From contig CBDFLS010000002.1 of NCBI GenBank assembly GCA_965249185.1, forward strand, positions 1,933,594 through 1,997,593: 64,000 nt of DNA, in the 5' to 3' direction. Below are positions 18,512-27,014 of this stretch, piece after piece; position 1 is the first letter of the stretch; every line of letters starts with the position of its first letter. Origin of the DNA: Dehalococcoidia bacterium (GTDB lineage: Bacteria; Chloroflexota; Dehalococcoidia; Lucifugimonadales; Australimonadaceae). The position numbers were made by a program, and so were the translations under genes. Under the pieces are notes generated by a model. That model worked only from the letters and a program-made list of their open reading frames with translations, did no database searches and was not told where the DNA came from.

Positions 18512-19845
18512 AGCTCTGCGTCATAGGTGGAGCTGGCTACGTTGGCCTGATCACTGGCGTTGGCTTTGCAAAGCTCGGTCACACCGTTGTAAACTTCGAC
18601 GTGGATGCCGATAAGGTGGCGTCCCTGGCGCGAGGAACGAGCCCCATTTATGAAGTTGGCCTTCAGGAGATGCTCCAGGAGTGTCTCGATTCGGAGCGCT
18701 TGAGCTTCACGACTGATTTAGATGCGGCGGCGCGCGATGCGGAAGCGGTGTTCGTTGCCGTTGGCAGTCCCGCCGGCGAGGATGGCGGCACCGACCTTTC
18801 GCAAGTGAAGAGCGTGGTCACGTCTCTGAGCAAAGTGGCGGCGTCTCAGTCCGTTGTCGTTATCAAGTCCACCGTCCCGGCAGGGACGGTGGACTTGATC
18901 CGCGAAGAGTGGGCGCGGCGCGATGGGCGTTCGGAACTGCACCTCGTGGTAAACCCTGAGTTCTTGCGGGAGGGCCAGGGCCTGAAGGATTTCTTCTACC
19001 CCAGCCGCATTGTTGTGGGCGCCGATTCCGAGTGGGCGCGGCAGGTGATGCGCCGTCTGTACGCTCGGTTCATCGATGGACCGGACGATGGCGAGCCGGA
19101 GATTCCGATGGCCCGTGGTGTGCCCCTGATTGAGACGACGGCCGTTAACGCGCAGATAGTCAAGTACGCGGCTAACGCCTTCTTAGCCACACGGCTCTCT
19201 TTCATCAATGAGATGGCCGGAATCTGCGAGCAGGTGGGAGCGGATATCACCGAGGTGGTGAATGGGCTGGGTTACGATCCCAGGATCGGTTGGGAGTATC
19301 TCCAGGCGGGGATTGGTTTTGGGGGGCCTTGCCTGGAAAAGGACCTGAAGGCCCTTATCCATTTCTCGGGCCGCCACCAGCATGACGCCCGCTTCATGAA
19401 GGCGGTGTTGGACCGCAATGATCGTCAGGTCCAGCATATCGTGGAGAAGATAGTGGAGCTGCTCGGGCCCGAACTCTCCCAGAAGCGTGTGGCCATCCTC
19501 GGCCTCGCCTTCAAGCTGGGGACCAATGATGTCCGCACGTCGCTCTCGCTCCGCATCATGCGGATGCTGCTGGACAGGGGTTGCGTGCTGACCGCTCATG
19601 ACCCCGTGGCGCTGTCGGAGGCTCAATCCCTGCTGCCCGAAGCGCACTACAGCGATGATCTCTATCGTGCTCTGGACGGTGCGGATGCGCTGGTCCTTCT
19701 CACCGATTGGCCTGAGTATGGAGCGCTGGACCTTGAACGAATCGCAGGCTTGATGCGCCAGAAAAATGTGGTGGACGGCCGCAACATGCTGGAGCGGGGC
19801 GCACTGGAGCGTCTGGAGTTTCGGTACCGCGGCGTTGGCCGATGA
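18508..19845 (+). CDS. ugd: UDP-glucose 6-dehydrogenase
   Basis: 445 aa. VIGGAGYVGL, NPEFLREG and GFGGPCLEKD (catalytic Cys) motifs. ATGA overlap with the upstream gene. Confidence 0.9.
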   Translation: MKLCVIGGAGYVGLITGVGFAKLGHTVVNFDVDADKVASLARGTSPIYEVGLQEMLQECLDSERLSFTTDLDAAARDAEAVFVAVGSPAGEDGGTDLSQVKSVVTSLSKVAASQSVVVIKSTVPAGTVDLIREEWARRDGRSELHLVVNPEFLREGQGLKDFFYPSRIVVGADSEWARQVMRRLYARFIDGPDDGEPEIPMARGVPLIETTAVNAQIVKYAANAFLATRLSFINEMAGICEQVGADITEVVNGLGYDPRIGWEYLQAGIGFGGPCLEKDLKALIHFSGRHQHDARFMKAVLDRNDRQVQHIVEKIVELLGPELSQKRVAILGLAFKLGTNDVRTSLSLRIMRMLLDRGCVLTAHDPVALSEAQSLLPEAHYSDDLYRALDGADALVLLTDWPEYGALDLERIAGLMRQKNVVDGRNMLERGALERLEFRYRGVGR

Positions 19846-19890
19846 ATGATATGATGCGGCGCGTCTGACTGAGTGGGAGGAGAGGGACAG

Positions 19891-20976
19891 ATGGGCGAGC
19901 TTGGAGTCCTTCTGGCGGGCTTGGGCGGCTTCGGCCGAAACCACCTGCGGGCGTGGAGTGATCTCAAGATTGGGGATGCGCTGTACGTCGCCGAATTGGA
20001 CCCGGCGCTCCATGACGAGTGCCGGGTATTCAATGTTCCCTTAGACCACATATCGACTGATTTCAATCAGCTGCTCCAGAAGGTGGACGTGGTAGACATA
20101 GTCACGCCTTCCACGAGCCACTTTGCCCTGTGCAAGGCCGCCCTTGAAGCGGGGAAAGACGTCTTCGTGGAGAAGCCGATGACGATGACTTCGGAAGAGG
20201 CCCGGGAGCTGGCGTCGCTGGTGCGGCAGAGCGAGCGCGTGCTGCAGGTGGGCTACTACTACCGGTTCCATCCCATCGCGCCGGTCCTGAAGGCCGCGCT
20301 GTCGAGCGGTGAGTTGGGCGACGTGCGCTATATCTCTGGAAACTTTATGGGGTTCAAACGGGCGCGGACGGATGTGGGCGTCACGCATACGGACGCTATC
20401 CACTTCATCGACCTGTTCAACTGGCTGCTGGGCACGCCGCCAAAAGAGGTGTTCGTGGTAGCCCGCGACCACTTCAACCGAGGCCTGGAGGACTGGTCGG
20501 TGGTGCTGCTGGAGTACCCCGGTGGAACGGTGGCCAAGGTGGAGTCCGGCTATATTCAGCCCGGACGATGGAGGGATAAGGTTGTGCCGAACGCCTTCAC
20601 CTCCAAGGAGTTTTTCCTCTGCGGCACTCGTGCTACCGCAGAGGTGGACTTCGAGACGGAATATCTGGTGGTCCACGATGTGCATCACGAGTTTCAGAAC
20701 GGGACGTGGGCGCCGGTGGTGGCCGGCAGCGAGACCCGCAACACCGGCACCGCCACGCCAATTCGGATGATCGGGGCGGAGTTGCAGGACTTCCTGGAGT
20801 GCGTGCGTACTCGTCGGCGTCCCAGTGCGGACGTGGTGGGCAGCGGGGTTGTGCTGGCCCGGATCATGGAGGCGGTCTATCGGTCCGCGGAGGAGCACCT
20901 CCCGGTGTCCCTGGACTGGTCCGACGAGGAGGTACGCGCTCTGGCCGACGCCCCGGTTGGCGGTGTGCCGCGATAG
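19891..20976 (+). CDS. Gfo/Idh/MocA-family oxidoreductase
   Basis: 361 aa from the ATG preceded by GGAGGAGAGGGA. Has the GLGGFGRNH Rossmann N-terminus and EKPM motif. Confidence 0.8.
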   Translation: MGELGVLLAGLGGFGRNHLRAWSDLKIGDALYVAELDPALHDECRVFNVPLDHISTDFNQLLQKVDVVDIVTPSTSHFALCKAALEAGKDVFVEKPMTMTSEEARELASLVRQSERVLQVGYYYRFHPIAPVLKAALSSGELGDVRYISGNFMGFKRARTDVGVTHTDAIHFIDLFNWLLGTPPKEVFVVARDHFNRGLEDWSVVLLEYPGGTVAKVESGYIQPGRWRDKVVPNAFTSKEFFLCGTRATAEVDFETEYLVVHDVHHEFQNGTWAPVVAGSETRNTGTATPIRMIGAELQDFLECVRTRRRPSADVVGSGVVLARIMEAVYRSAEEHLPVSLDWSDEEVRALADAPVGGVPR

Positions 20977-21019
20977 CCTGAGGACCCGGAATAGCCTGAG
21001 GAACTCTAAGGAACGGTCC

Positions 21020-21889
21020 ATGACGCTGAAAGATATCACCGAGAACGACCTGCTCAATAACATTCCTCTAGCCGCCCGCAAGAGTGATGGGGAGCGGTCA
21101 CGGGTGAGGGTGGGCGATGCGGAGTTCGGGGGAGATCGCTTCGTGGTCATCGCCGGGCCGTGTGCCGTCGAGAGCAAAGCGCAGGTGCTGGACATCGCCC
21201 AGCACGTCAAGGAGAGCGGCGCCTCTATCCTCCGAGGCGGCGCCTTTAAGCCCCTAACGTTTCCTTACCGCAGCGAGAAGACCTTTGAGTTGGGTGCGGA
21301 GGGCCTCCGCTACTTGGCGGATGCGCGAGAGGCCAGCGGCCTTCCGGTGGTGACTGAGGTGATGGACGCTCGCGCGATCGAGCTGGTTGCCGGCTTCGCG
21401 GACATGCTCCAGGTAGGGGCCCGGAATATGCAGAATTTTCCTCTGCTGGAGGAGTTGGGGCACGTCGGCAAGCCGGTGCTGCTGAAGCGTCATTTTGGTT
21501 GTAGCGTGAGGGACTGGCTTGGCGCCGCCGAGTACATTCTTTACCACGGCAACTCACAGGTGGTGCTGTGCGAACGGGGTGTTGTCGCTCCTCACACGCA
21601 TCAGGGAACCGCAAGGTTTATCGTCGATATTCAGGCCGTGCTTGCGGTGCATGAGTTCTCGCACTTGCCGGTAATCGTGGACCCCAGCCATGCGACGTTC
21701 AGGCGCGAGTATGTGGCGCCGATTGCCCGGGCCGCCCTGGCGGCGGGGGCCGATGGCATTATTTTGGATGTTCATCCCACGCCGGAGCTAGCCGCGGTGG
21801 ACCCGCTCCAGGCGCTTTCGTACGATGCGTTCGCCCAGTTGATGTCTCAGCTCAGGGGCATTGGTACGGCCGTGGGCCGGGAGGTCTGA
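21020..21889 (+). CDS. divergent DAHP-synthase (type I-beta)/KDO8P-synthase-family aldolase
   Basis: 289 aa from ATG 21020. GPCAVES, QVGARNMQNF and VDPSHA are conserved. However, the loop reads GGAFKPLTFPY where the family has KPRTSPY, ERGVVAPH replaces ERGIRTFE, and DVH replaces EVH. Confidence 0.75.
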   Translation: MTLKDITENDLLNNIPLAARKSDGERSRVRVGDAEFGGDRFVVIAGPCAVESKAQVLDIAQHVKESGASILRGGAFKPLTFPYRSEKTFELGAEGLRYLADAREASGLPVVTEVMDARAIELVAGFADMLQVGARNMQNFPLLEELGHVGKPVLLKRHFGCSVRDWLGAAEYILYHGNSQVVLCERGVVAPHTHQGTARFIVDIQAVLAVHEFSHLPVIVDPSHATFRREYVAPIARAALAAGADGIILDVHPTPELAAVDPLQALSYDAFAQLMSQLRGIGTAVGREV

Positions 21890-21892
21890 GCG

Positions 21893-23020
21893 ATGGCGGT
21901 GCGAGGACGCGCTGGGCAGGGCGCCATAGAGATGGTGCAGCCACACTTGGACAACTCGCTGGACTCTTCAGCGAGCGCCCGTCCCATCGTAGCCGGGATC
22001 ATTGGCGACCGTCCCTCTCTTTATGCTAAGAGCCCTCTGCTCTGGAACGCGGTGTTCCGGGACCTGGGGCTGGATGCGGCATACCTGCCCTTTGACGTTT
22101 CGGCGGAGAATCTGCCGCGGCTGGTGGAGGCGCTTCGGGGGTGTGCCACCTACGTTGGAGGGAACGTGACGGTCCCCTACAAAGTACAGGTGATGGACCT
22201 CCTGGACGAAGTGGACCCGCTAGCCAGGCAGATCGGCGCGGTGAACACCATCAGCCGCACGCGGGACGGCAGGCTGGTGGGGTATAACACCGACGCCACG
22301 GGAGCGGTGGAGTCGCTGGTCAGGAGGATGTCGTGGCAGGAGTGCCCGTTCCTGAAGGGGCTCGCGGGCAAGCGTGTGCTGCTTGTTGGCGCCGGCGGCG
22401 CTGGCCGGGCGGTGGCCTTCGCCATTGCCCAGCAGGTTGGCAAAACAGGGGCTATGTGGATCACCAACCGTTCGGCGGAGCGGGCGCGGGAGCTGGCTGA
22501 AGAGGTCCGCCGTGCCTATGGAGTCGCCCAGGCCCTGAGTGAGGATGAGCTGTCCGATAAGCTCGCTGATGTCGACCTGGTGATCAATGCCTCGACGCGG
22601 GGGCAGGCGGGGGTCCGGCGGCTTCCGGGGGGCCTGGCGACCTGTTTGGAGCCCTACTCGCCGCTGGCGCCCGCGAACCCCGCCACCTTCCAAGCGGACG
22701 AGCAAGCCACGGAGGCCGACTTCTATCGCGCCTGGTACGAGGCCTCGGTGGAGGATATCCATGCCAACACGAAGGCCTCGGCAAATGCCATCCTCGGCTC
22801 CGGGCGGGAGACGGCCTACTTCGACCTCATCTATGCGCCACAGGAGACCACGCTGTTGAGGCAGGCGCGTCTCAGCGGGCGCCCCACGCTCAACGGCAAG
22901 GGCATGAACATCATTCAGGCGGTGGAGGCCTTCGTGCACAGAGTAATGAAGCCCCACCTAGGTGAGGCGGCCGATGGCGCGTACGAGCGGGTCTCGGATG
23001 CCATGGCCGGGGTGTGGTGA
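21893..23020 (+). CDS. shikimate/quinate dehydrogenase-fold protein (AroE-like, extended)
   Basis: 375 aa. NVTVPYK, GAVNT, GYNTD and GAGGAGRAV motifs. SPLLWN stands in place of SP.(M/I)HN. About 45 extra residues sit between the Rossmann core and YFDLIYAPQET. Confidence 0.75.
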   Translation: MAVRGRAGQGAIEMVQPHLDNSLDSSASARPIVAGIIGDRPSLYAKSPLLWNAVFRDLGLDAAYLPFDVSAENLPRLVEALRGCATYVGGNVTVPYKVQVMDLLDEVDPLARQIGAVNTISRTRDGRLVGYNTDATGAVESLVRRMSWQECPFLKGLAGKRVLLVGAGGAGRAVAFAIAQQVGKTGAMWITNRSAERARELAEEVRRAYGVAQALSEDELSDKLADVDLVINASTRGQAGVRRLPGGLATCLEPYSPLAPANPATFQADEQATEADFYRAWYEASVEDIHANTKASANAILGSGRETAYFDLIYAPQETTLLRQARLSGRPTLNGKGMNIIQAVEAFVHRVMKPHLGEAADGAYERVSDAMAGVW

Positions 23021-23128
23021 GTCTGAGTAGTCCTGCAAGCGGAGCAAGCCTTCGTACGGCTAGCCCGTTCCTCAAGACTTGATTTCCTGGGTACATGGAT
23101 GAGATCTGCCCACTAGTCGTGGACGCTC

Positions 23129-23893
23129 TCAATGAGCGTTGGCGTTGAATTCTACGCGGAATAGCACCCGATTTTTCTTTGCCGCATAGGGTGGTCCTAG
23201 CCAGTGCTCGTTCTCTTCCGGGACGTAAGGGTAGAACGCGAATTGGCTCGTGGCCGGCTGCTGTTCAAAGGAGCTTTGGAGCTGTTCTTTAGGAAGCAGC
23301 GTTCCTGGGCGAGAATCGGGATAAGTCTTAACGGGCTTCTTACCGTTGAGCAGGATACGGGTCTCACCCAGTAGTCGCCGTATGGGTAATCTGGATACAG
23401 CCGAAACAAACTCCTCAGGTCTATCCAGGTGATAGAGAACACCGGCACAGATAGCTATGTCCCAAGATGGTCCAGCTAGGGATGTTTCCCAATCGCTATC
23501 GTGGAAATCCAACAAGCGAAGCTCAATGAGGTGGCGCAACCCACGTTTGCGTGCTACGAAGTCGAGGCTTTTGAGGAACCGTTCGGTTCGGTCGACTGCG
23601 ACAACATGTGCCCCTCTTTTGGCCAGTTCTAGGGTCATGTAGCCATTGGCACAGCCTAGATCCAGGCAGCGGGCCCCGCTCAAATCCTCTGGGAAGTGCA
23701 GTGCCAATTGCTGCCAGAGGAAAGCGGGATAGCGATATGGGATAGGCATGAGTTGGACGCCTGGGTTGACGTTTCCGCTCTCGAAGGTAGTAACTCCGGG
23801 AACAACCTCAATGTCGTGGAACCAGGGCCCCAGCCGACGGAGGCGCCAAAGCAGAAATAGTCGCCTTAGCCTGCCCAATGTTGGTAGATTCAC
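23129..23893 (-). CDS. class I SAM-dependent methyltransferase (DUF1698/CmoB-like)
   Basis: 254 aa. WFHDIEVVPGV, CLDLGCANGY (motif I) and VLYHL motifs. Confidence 0.7.
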   Translation of the reverse strand: MNLPTLGRLRRLFLLWRLRRLGPWFHDIEVVPGVTTFESGNVNPGVQLMPIPYRYPAFLWQQLALHFPEDLSGARCLDLGCANGYMTLELAKRGAHVVAVDRTERFLKSLDFVARKRGLRHLIELRLLDFHDSDWETSLAGPSWDIAICAGVLYHLDRPEEFVSAVSRLPIRRLLGETRILLNGKKPVKTYPDSRPGTLLPKEQLQSSFEQQPATSQFAFYPYVPEENEHWLGPPYAAKKNRVLFRVEFNANAH

Positions 23894-24108
23894 TTGAGTC
23901 CCGTGCAGGTTCGTCCTAGAGGGCTTTCAGAAGAGCGCCTCTTGGTAAATTCACATCAAAAGAGATGGCCCAGCGGTACCCTTTTGGGCCAACGAAAATA
24001 TGTCGGCTAGTAACTGATCGGACCGGATTATACACCTGCCGCCAATGGGACCACCTTGAGTGATTCCAAGGTGAAGTTTGAGGCTGTCGCAGGAACTGAA
24101 TTATTCAA

Positions 24109-24953
24109 GGGTAAAGTCCCGTTTTAGCCACCGGATTAGCTTTGAAGCAGCTTGAACAATGTCTTAACCTGTTCTGGTCCCAACAGACGCCGATGATTGT
24201 AGCGCCAGACATACTCAGCAAGATAGAGGGGCAGCCGTTCTCGGCGGACTCCCCCTTTGGCTGCCAGACGCCGCTTGAGATAACCCCAGAAGCCCTCCAA
24301 GCCGTTGACGTGGCTCCCTTGCCGATCGCTGAACGCCTGGCTGTGGTCCACAAGCCGGTGGACGTAGCCCCCCGCTGCGACGCCCGTGTAGCTGGTAAAG
24401 GTGTCCGAGCAGACGATGGAGCCACGTTGCACGCGTTGGTGCAGGAGCGGCAGCAGCGTCTTGGCTTCCACGTTAGGTACCACTTGCGCCCACACCAGGC
24501 CACCTCGACACAGGATCCCAAAGACAGCTTGCTTAGTGGTTCCACGGCCCCGCTTCGTGCCCTGAACACGCTTTGCCAGGCGCCTGTTGCGCCAGGAACC
24601 TCCCAGGTAGGTCTCGTCGACCTCCACCACGCCGGAGAAGACATGGGGAACGTCCCGGACCATGGCCTGGCGCACCACGATCAGGGCTCGCAGGACTCGC
24701 TTTCGCTCCAGGCGGGCCTCCTGGGCAATCACCTCGGCACTCTGCCCCAAGACGAACCAGCGCAACAGTCGCCGCCACTCCCCTGGCGACAACCGAAGCG
24801 GCAGCGCCCTGGGCACCCACTCGTAGTGGCAGGCTGCACAACGACTCTTACCTCGCCGAATGCTCCAGCTCTTGGCGTGTTGACATCGAGGGCACCCAAT
24901 CTTCCGTCCCATGCCACCATTCTCTCACAGGTGGCTGTTTTGGGACTATACCC
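24109..24953 (-). mobile_element. IS1595-family insertion sequence, copy 3 (845 bp)
   Basis: Same ends as copy 1. Flanks TTATTCAA (24101-24108) and TGATTCAA (24954-24961) match at 7 of 8 positions. Confidence 0.9.
24136..24912 (-). CDS. IS1595-family transposase
   Basis: 258 aa, identical in sequence to copy 1. Confidence 0.9.
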   Translation of the reverse strand: MGRKIGCPRCQHAKSWSIRRGKSRCAACHYEWVPRALPLRLSPGEWRRLLRWFVLGQSAEVIAQEARLERKRVLRALIVVRQAMVRDVPHVFSGVVEVDETYLGGSWRNRRLAKRVQGTKRGRGTTKQAVFGILCRGGLVWAQVVPNVEAKTLLPLLHQRVQRGSIVCSDTFTSYTGVAAGGYVHRLVDHSQAFSDRQGSHVNGLEGFWGYLKRRLAAKGGVRRERLPLYLAEYVWRYNHRRLLGPEQVKTLFKLLQS

Positions 24954-25089
24954 TGATTCAAAATGGGACGGTAATGGTAACACACGCCGTTGAGCTATCC
25001 TGGTTCGCAAGATTTGCCTGCGATTCAGATGTCTTCGCCGACTTGCAGTGGGCTAGCAGTTAGCCCGTTTCGGTTGACAGGATACGAGC

Positions 25090-25761
25090 TTGCCGCTACA
25101 GTTATCGGTGATGCGTTCAAAGATTGAACACAATGGCGGGACTGAGAGCGACTCGTCACGGGAGATGCTCCTTCTCTCGGAGATAGAGCACGCTCCGGAG
25201 ACGAGCCAGCGCCACCTGGCGCTGCGGCTCGGGCTGTCGGTCGGCATGGTGAACCTGCTGCTTCGGAACCTGGCGCGCAAGGGCTACGTGCGCGTCACGC
25301 GAGCCGGCTGGCGGCGCTGGCTGTACGCCATGACGCCGAGCGGCGCCTCGCGCAAGGTCCAGCTTCTGGTGGGATACGTCCGCCGGTTCCTCGGCGACTA
25401 TCAGCGGGTGCGCGGAATGCTGCGAGAACAATTGGCGCCTCTCTCCCTGCACGCGGAGTCGAGAGTCGCGATCTATGGGACCGGTGAGCTTGCGGAGCTC
25501 GTTTACCTGTCGCTAAGGGAGCTCGCGGTGGAGGAGGTGGAGGTCTTCGACACGCGGAGCTCGAACGGACGGAAATTTCTGGGCTTGCCTGTGCGTGATG
25601 TGAGCACACTTCGGCCCGAGGACCATGACAGGGTGGTGATCGCCGTGCTTCCGGAGGCCTCAAGAGGCTACGAAGAGCTCCGGGCCGCGGGCGTTTCTCC
25701 GGAGCGCCTGGTTACGCTCTTCGGTGAGCGCCCGCGGAGAGATGAAGGGATAGCGCATTGA
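25090..25761 (+). CDS. EPS-associated MarR-like winged-helix regulator fused to a Rossmann-like C-terminal domain
   Basis: 223 aa (TTG start; possible later starts). The wHTH region reads SQRHLALRLGLSVGMVNLLLRNLARKGYV. The C-terminal part RVAIYGTGELAELVY...GLPVRDV...DRVVIAV resembles the N-terminal domain of EPS sugar transferases. Confidence 0.65.
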   Translation: MPLQLSVMRSKIEHNGGTESDSSREMLLLSEIEHAPETSQRHLALRLGLSVGMVNLLLRNLARKGYVRVTRAGWRRWLYAMTPSGASRKVQLLVGYVRRFLGDYQRVRGMLREQLAPLSLHAESRVAIYGTGELAELVYLSLRELAVEEVEVFDTRSSNGRKFLGLPVRDVSTLRPEDHDRVVIAVLPEASRGYEELRAAGVSPERLVTLFGERPRRDEGIAH

Positions 25762-25873
25762 GGCATTGGCGCTTTCGAGCGGTCTCGACCGGACCTCAAG
25801 TTGAGGCCGCTTCCGGCGCCCGGCGGTCCCGTTTGCGTATGGTGGCGGAGAATGCGGTAGTGGGCATTGGTAC

Positions 25874-26905
25874 ATGATGATTCCTGATTTCTTAGCCCGG
25901 CGGAACCCCTACGTTATCGGCGCTTTGGTGGAGAACCACGGCGGAGATGCGCAGCTTGCGCGAGACCTTATCCGTCTCGCGTCCGAAAGCGGCTGTGATG
26001 CGGTGGCACTGCGGCTGAGCACTGTAGATGATTGCTATACCGCCGACTACTTGAGACGGCCGAATACGCTGTGGCCGGAGCGGGGCCGCACCTGGGGCGA
26101 CTACTTACGCTCGTTGGAGCTCGGTCCGGGGGATGTCGGCGCGCTTCGGGATGAGGCACGGGGGCATTTGGACTTTATCGCAGCCCCCTTGGATCTGAAG
26201 GCGTTCCAGTGGTCGGAGGAGTTGGCGCCGGATGCGTTCCAGGTGGAGCCAGCGGTGCTTGGGCACTTGGCGCTCCTGGAGGCGATGGCGGCGACGCGCC
26301 GGCCGCTATTCCTGGTGTGCGGACGCTGCACTGAGCTGGAGCTGTCGAATGCCCTGGAGGCGCTCAAAGATAGTCCGGTAGTGCTGCTCCATACGGTGCA
26401 CGGGGGCGCGGTGTCGTTGAGCGAAACGGCTCTGCCGCTGATGCGAGTGCTGGAGGAGAAGCATGGACTGCCGGTGGGCTATTACGGCCTGGAGCCCGGG
26501 GTGGTGGCCGCGGCCGCGGCGCTGGCTCTCGGCGCCAAGGTGATCGAGAAGCCCTTCACTACGGACCATCGCTTGTCCGGGCCACGACACGCGAGCAGCC
26601 TGGACCGCGACGAGCTGCGCGCGCTGGTGAGCACGCTACGGGCGTTGGCCGGCTCGCTGGCCACCGATGGCCCCCGAGTCCCCTTGCCGGCCGAGCTGGG
26701 GCCGGAAGAGTCCGCGAGGGCCGCCCTGGTAGCGGGGAAGGACCTGGCCGCGGGTGAGGTGCTTCAGCCAGAGATGCTGCTGACGCGACTCGGGTCCTAT
26801 GGCATCAGCCCTCTCCTGCAAAGCCGATTGCTGGGACGACGGCTTGCATACGATGTTGTTGCCGGAGACCCGGTGACTTTCGGTGAGATGCATGCGCCGG
26901 ATTAA
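25874..26905 (+). CDS. NeuB-like (sialic/ulosonic acid synthase family) protein with SAF domain, catalytic motifs degenerate
   Basis: 343 aa. NHGGD N-terminal motif and C-terminal SAF-like LVAGKDLAAGEVL. AVALRL replaces AVKFQ, YYGLEPG replaces SDHT, and IEKPFT replaces IEKHFT. Confidence 0.7.
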   Translation: MMIPDFLARRNPYVIGALVENHGGDAQLARDLIRLASESGCDAVALRLSTVDDCYTADYLRRPNTLWPERGRTWGDYLRSLELGPGDVGALRDEARGHLDFIAAPLDLKAFQWSEELAPDAFQVEPAVLGHLALLEAMAATRRPLFLVCGRCTELELSNALEALKDSPVVLLHTVHGGAVSLSETALPLMRVLEEKHGLPVGYYGLEPGVVAAAAALALGAKVIEKPFTTDHRLSGPRHASSLDRDELRALVSTLRALAGSLATDGPRVPLPAELGPEESARAALVAGKDLAAGEVLQPEMLLTRLGSYGISPLLQSRLLGRRLAYDVVAGDPVTFGEMHAPD

Positions 26906-27014
26906 CCCGCTCGCCCAAAGGCTCTGGAACTTGGAGAGGAGCGAGGACCGCATATCCGATGTCGCACTTTGCCTCATGTTCGAGTCGCACTTTGATAGGA
27001 AGCCGAGGTAGGGG

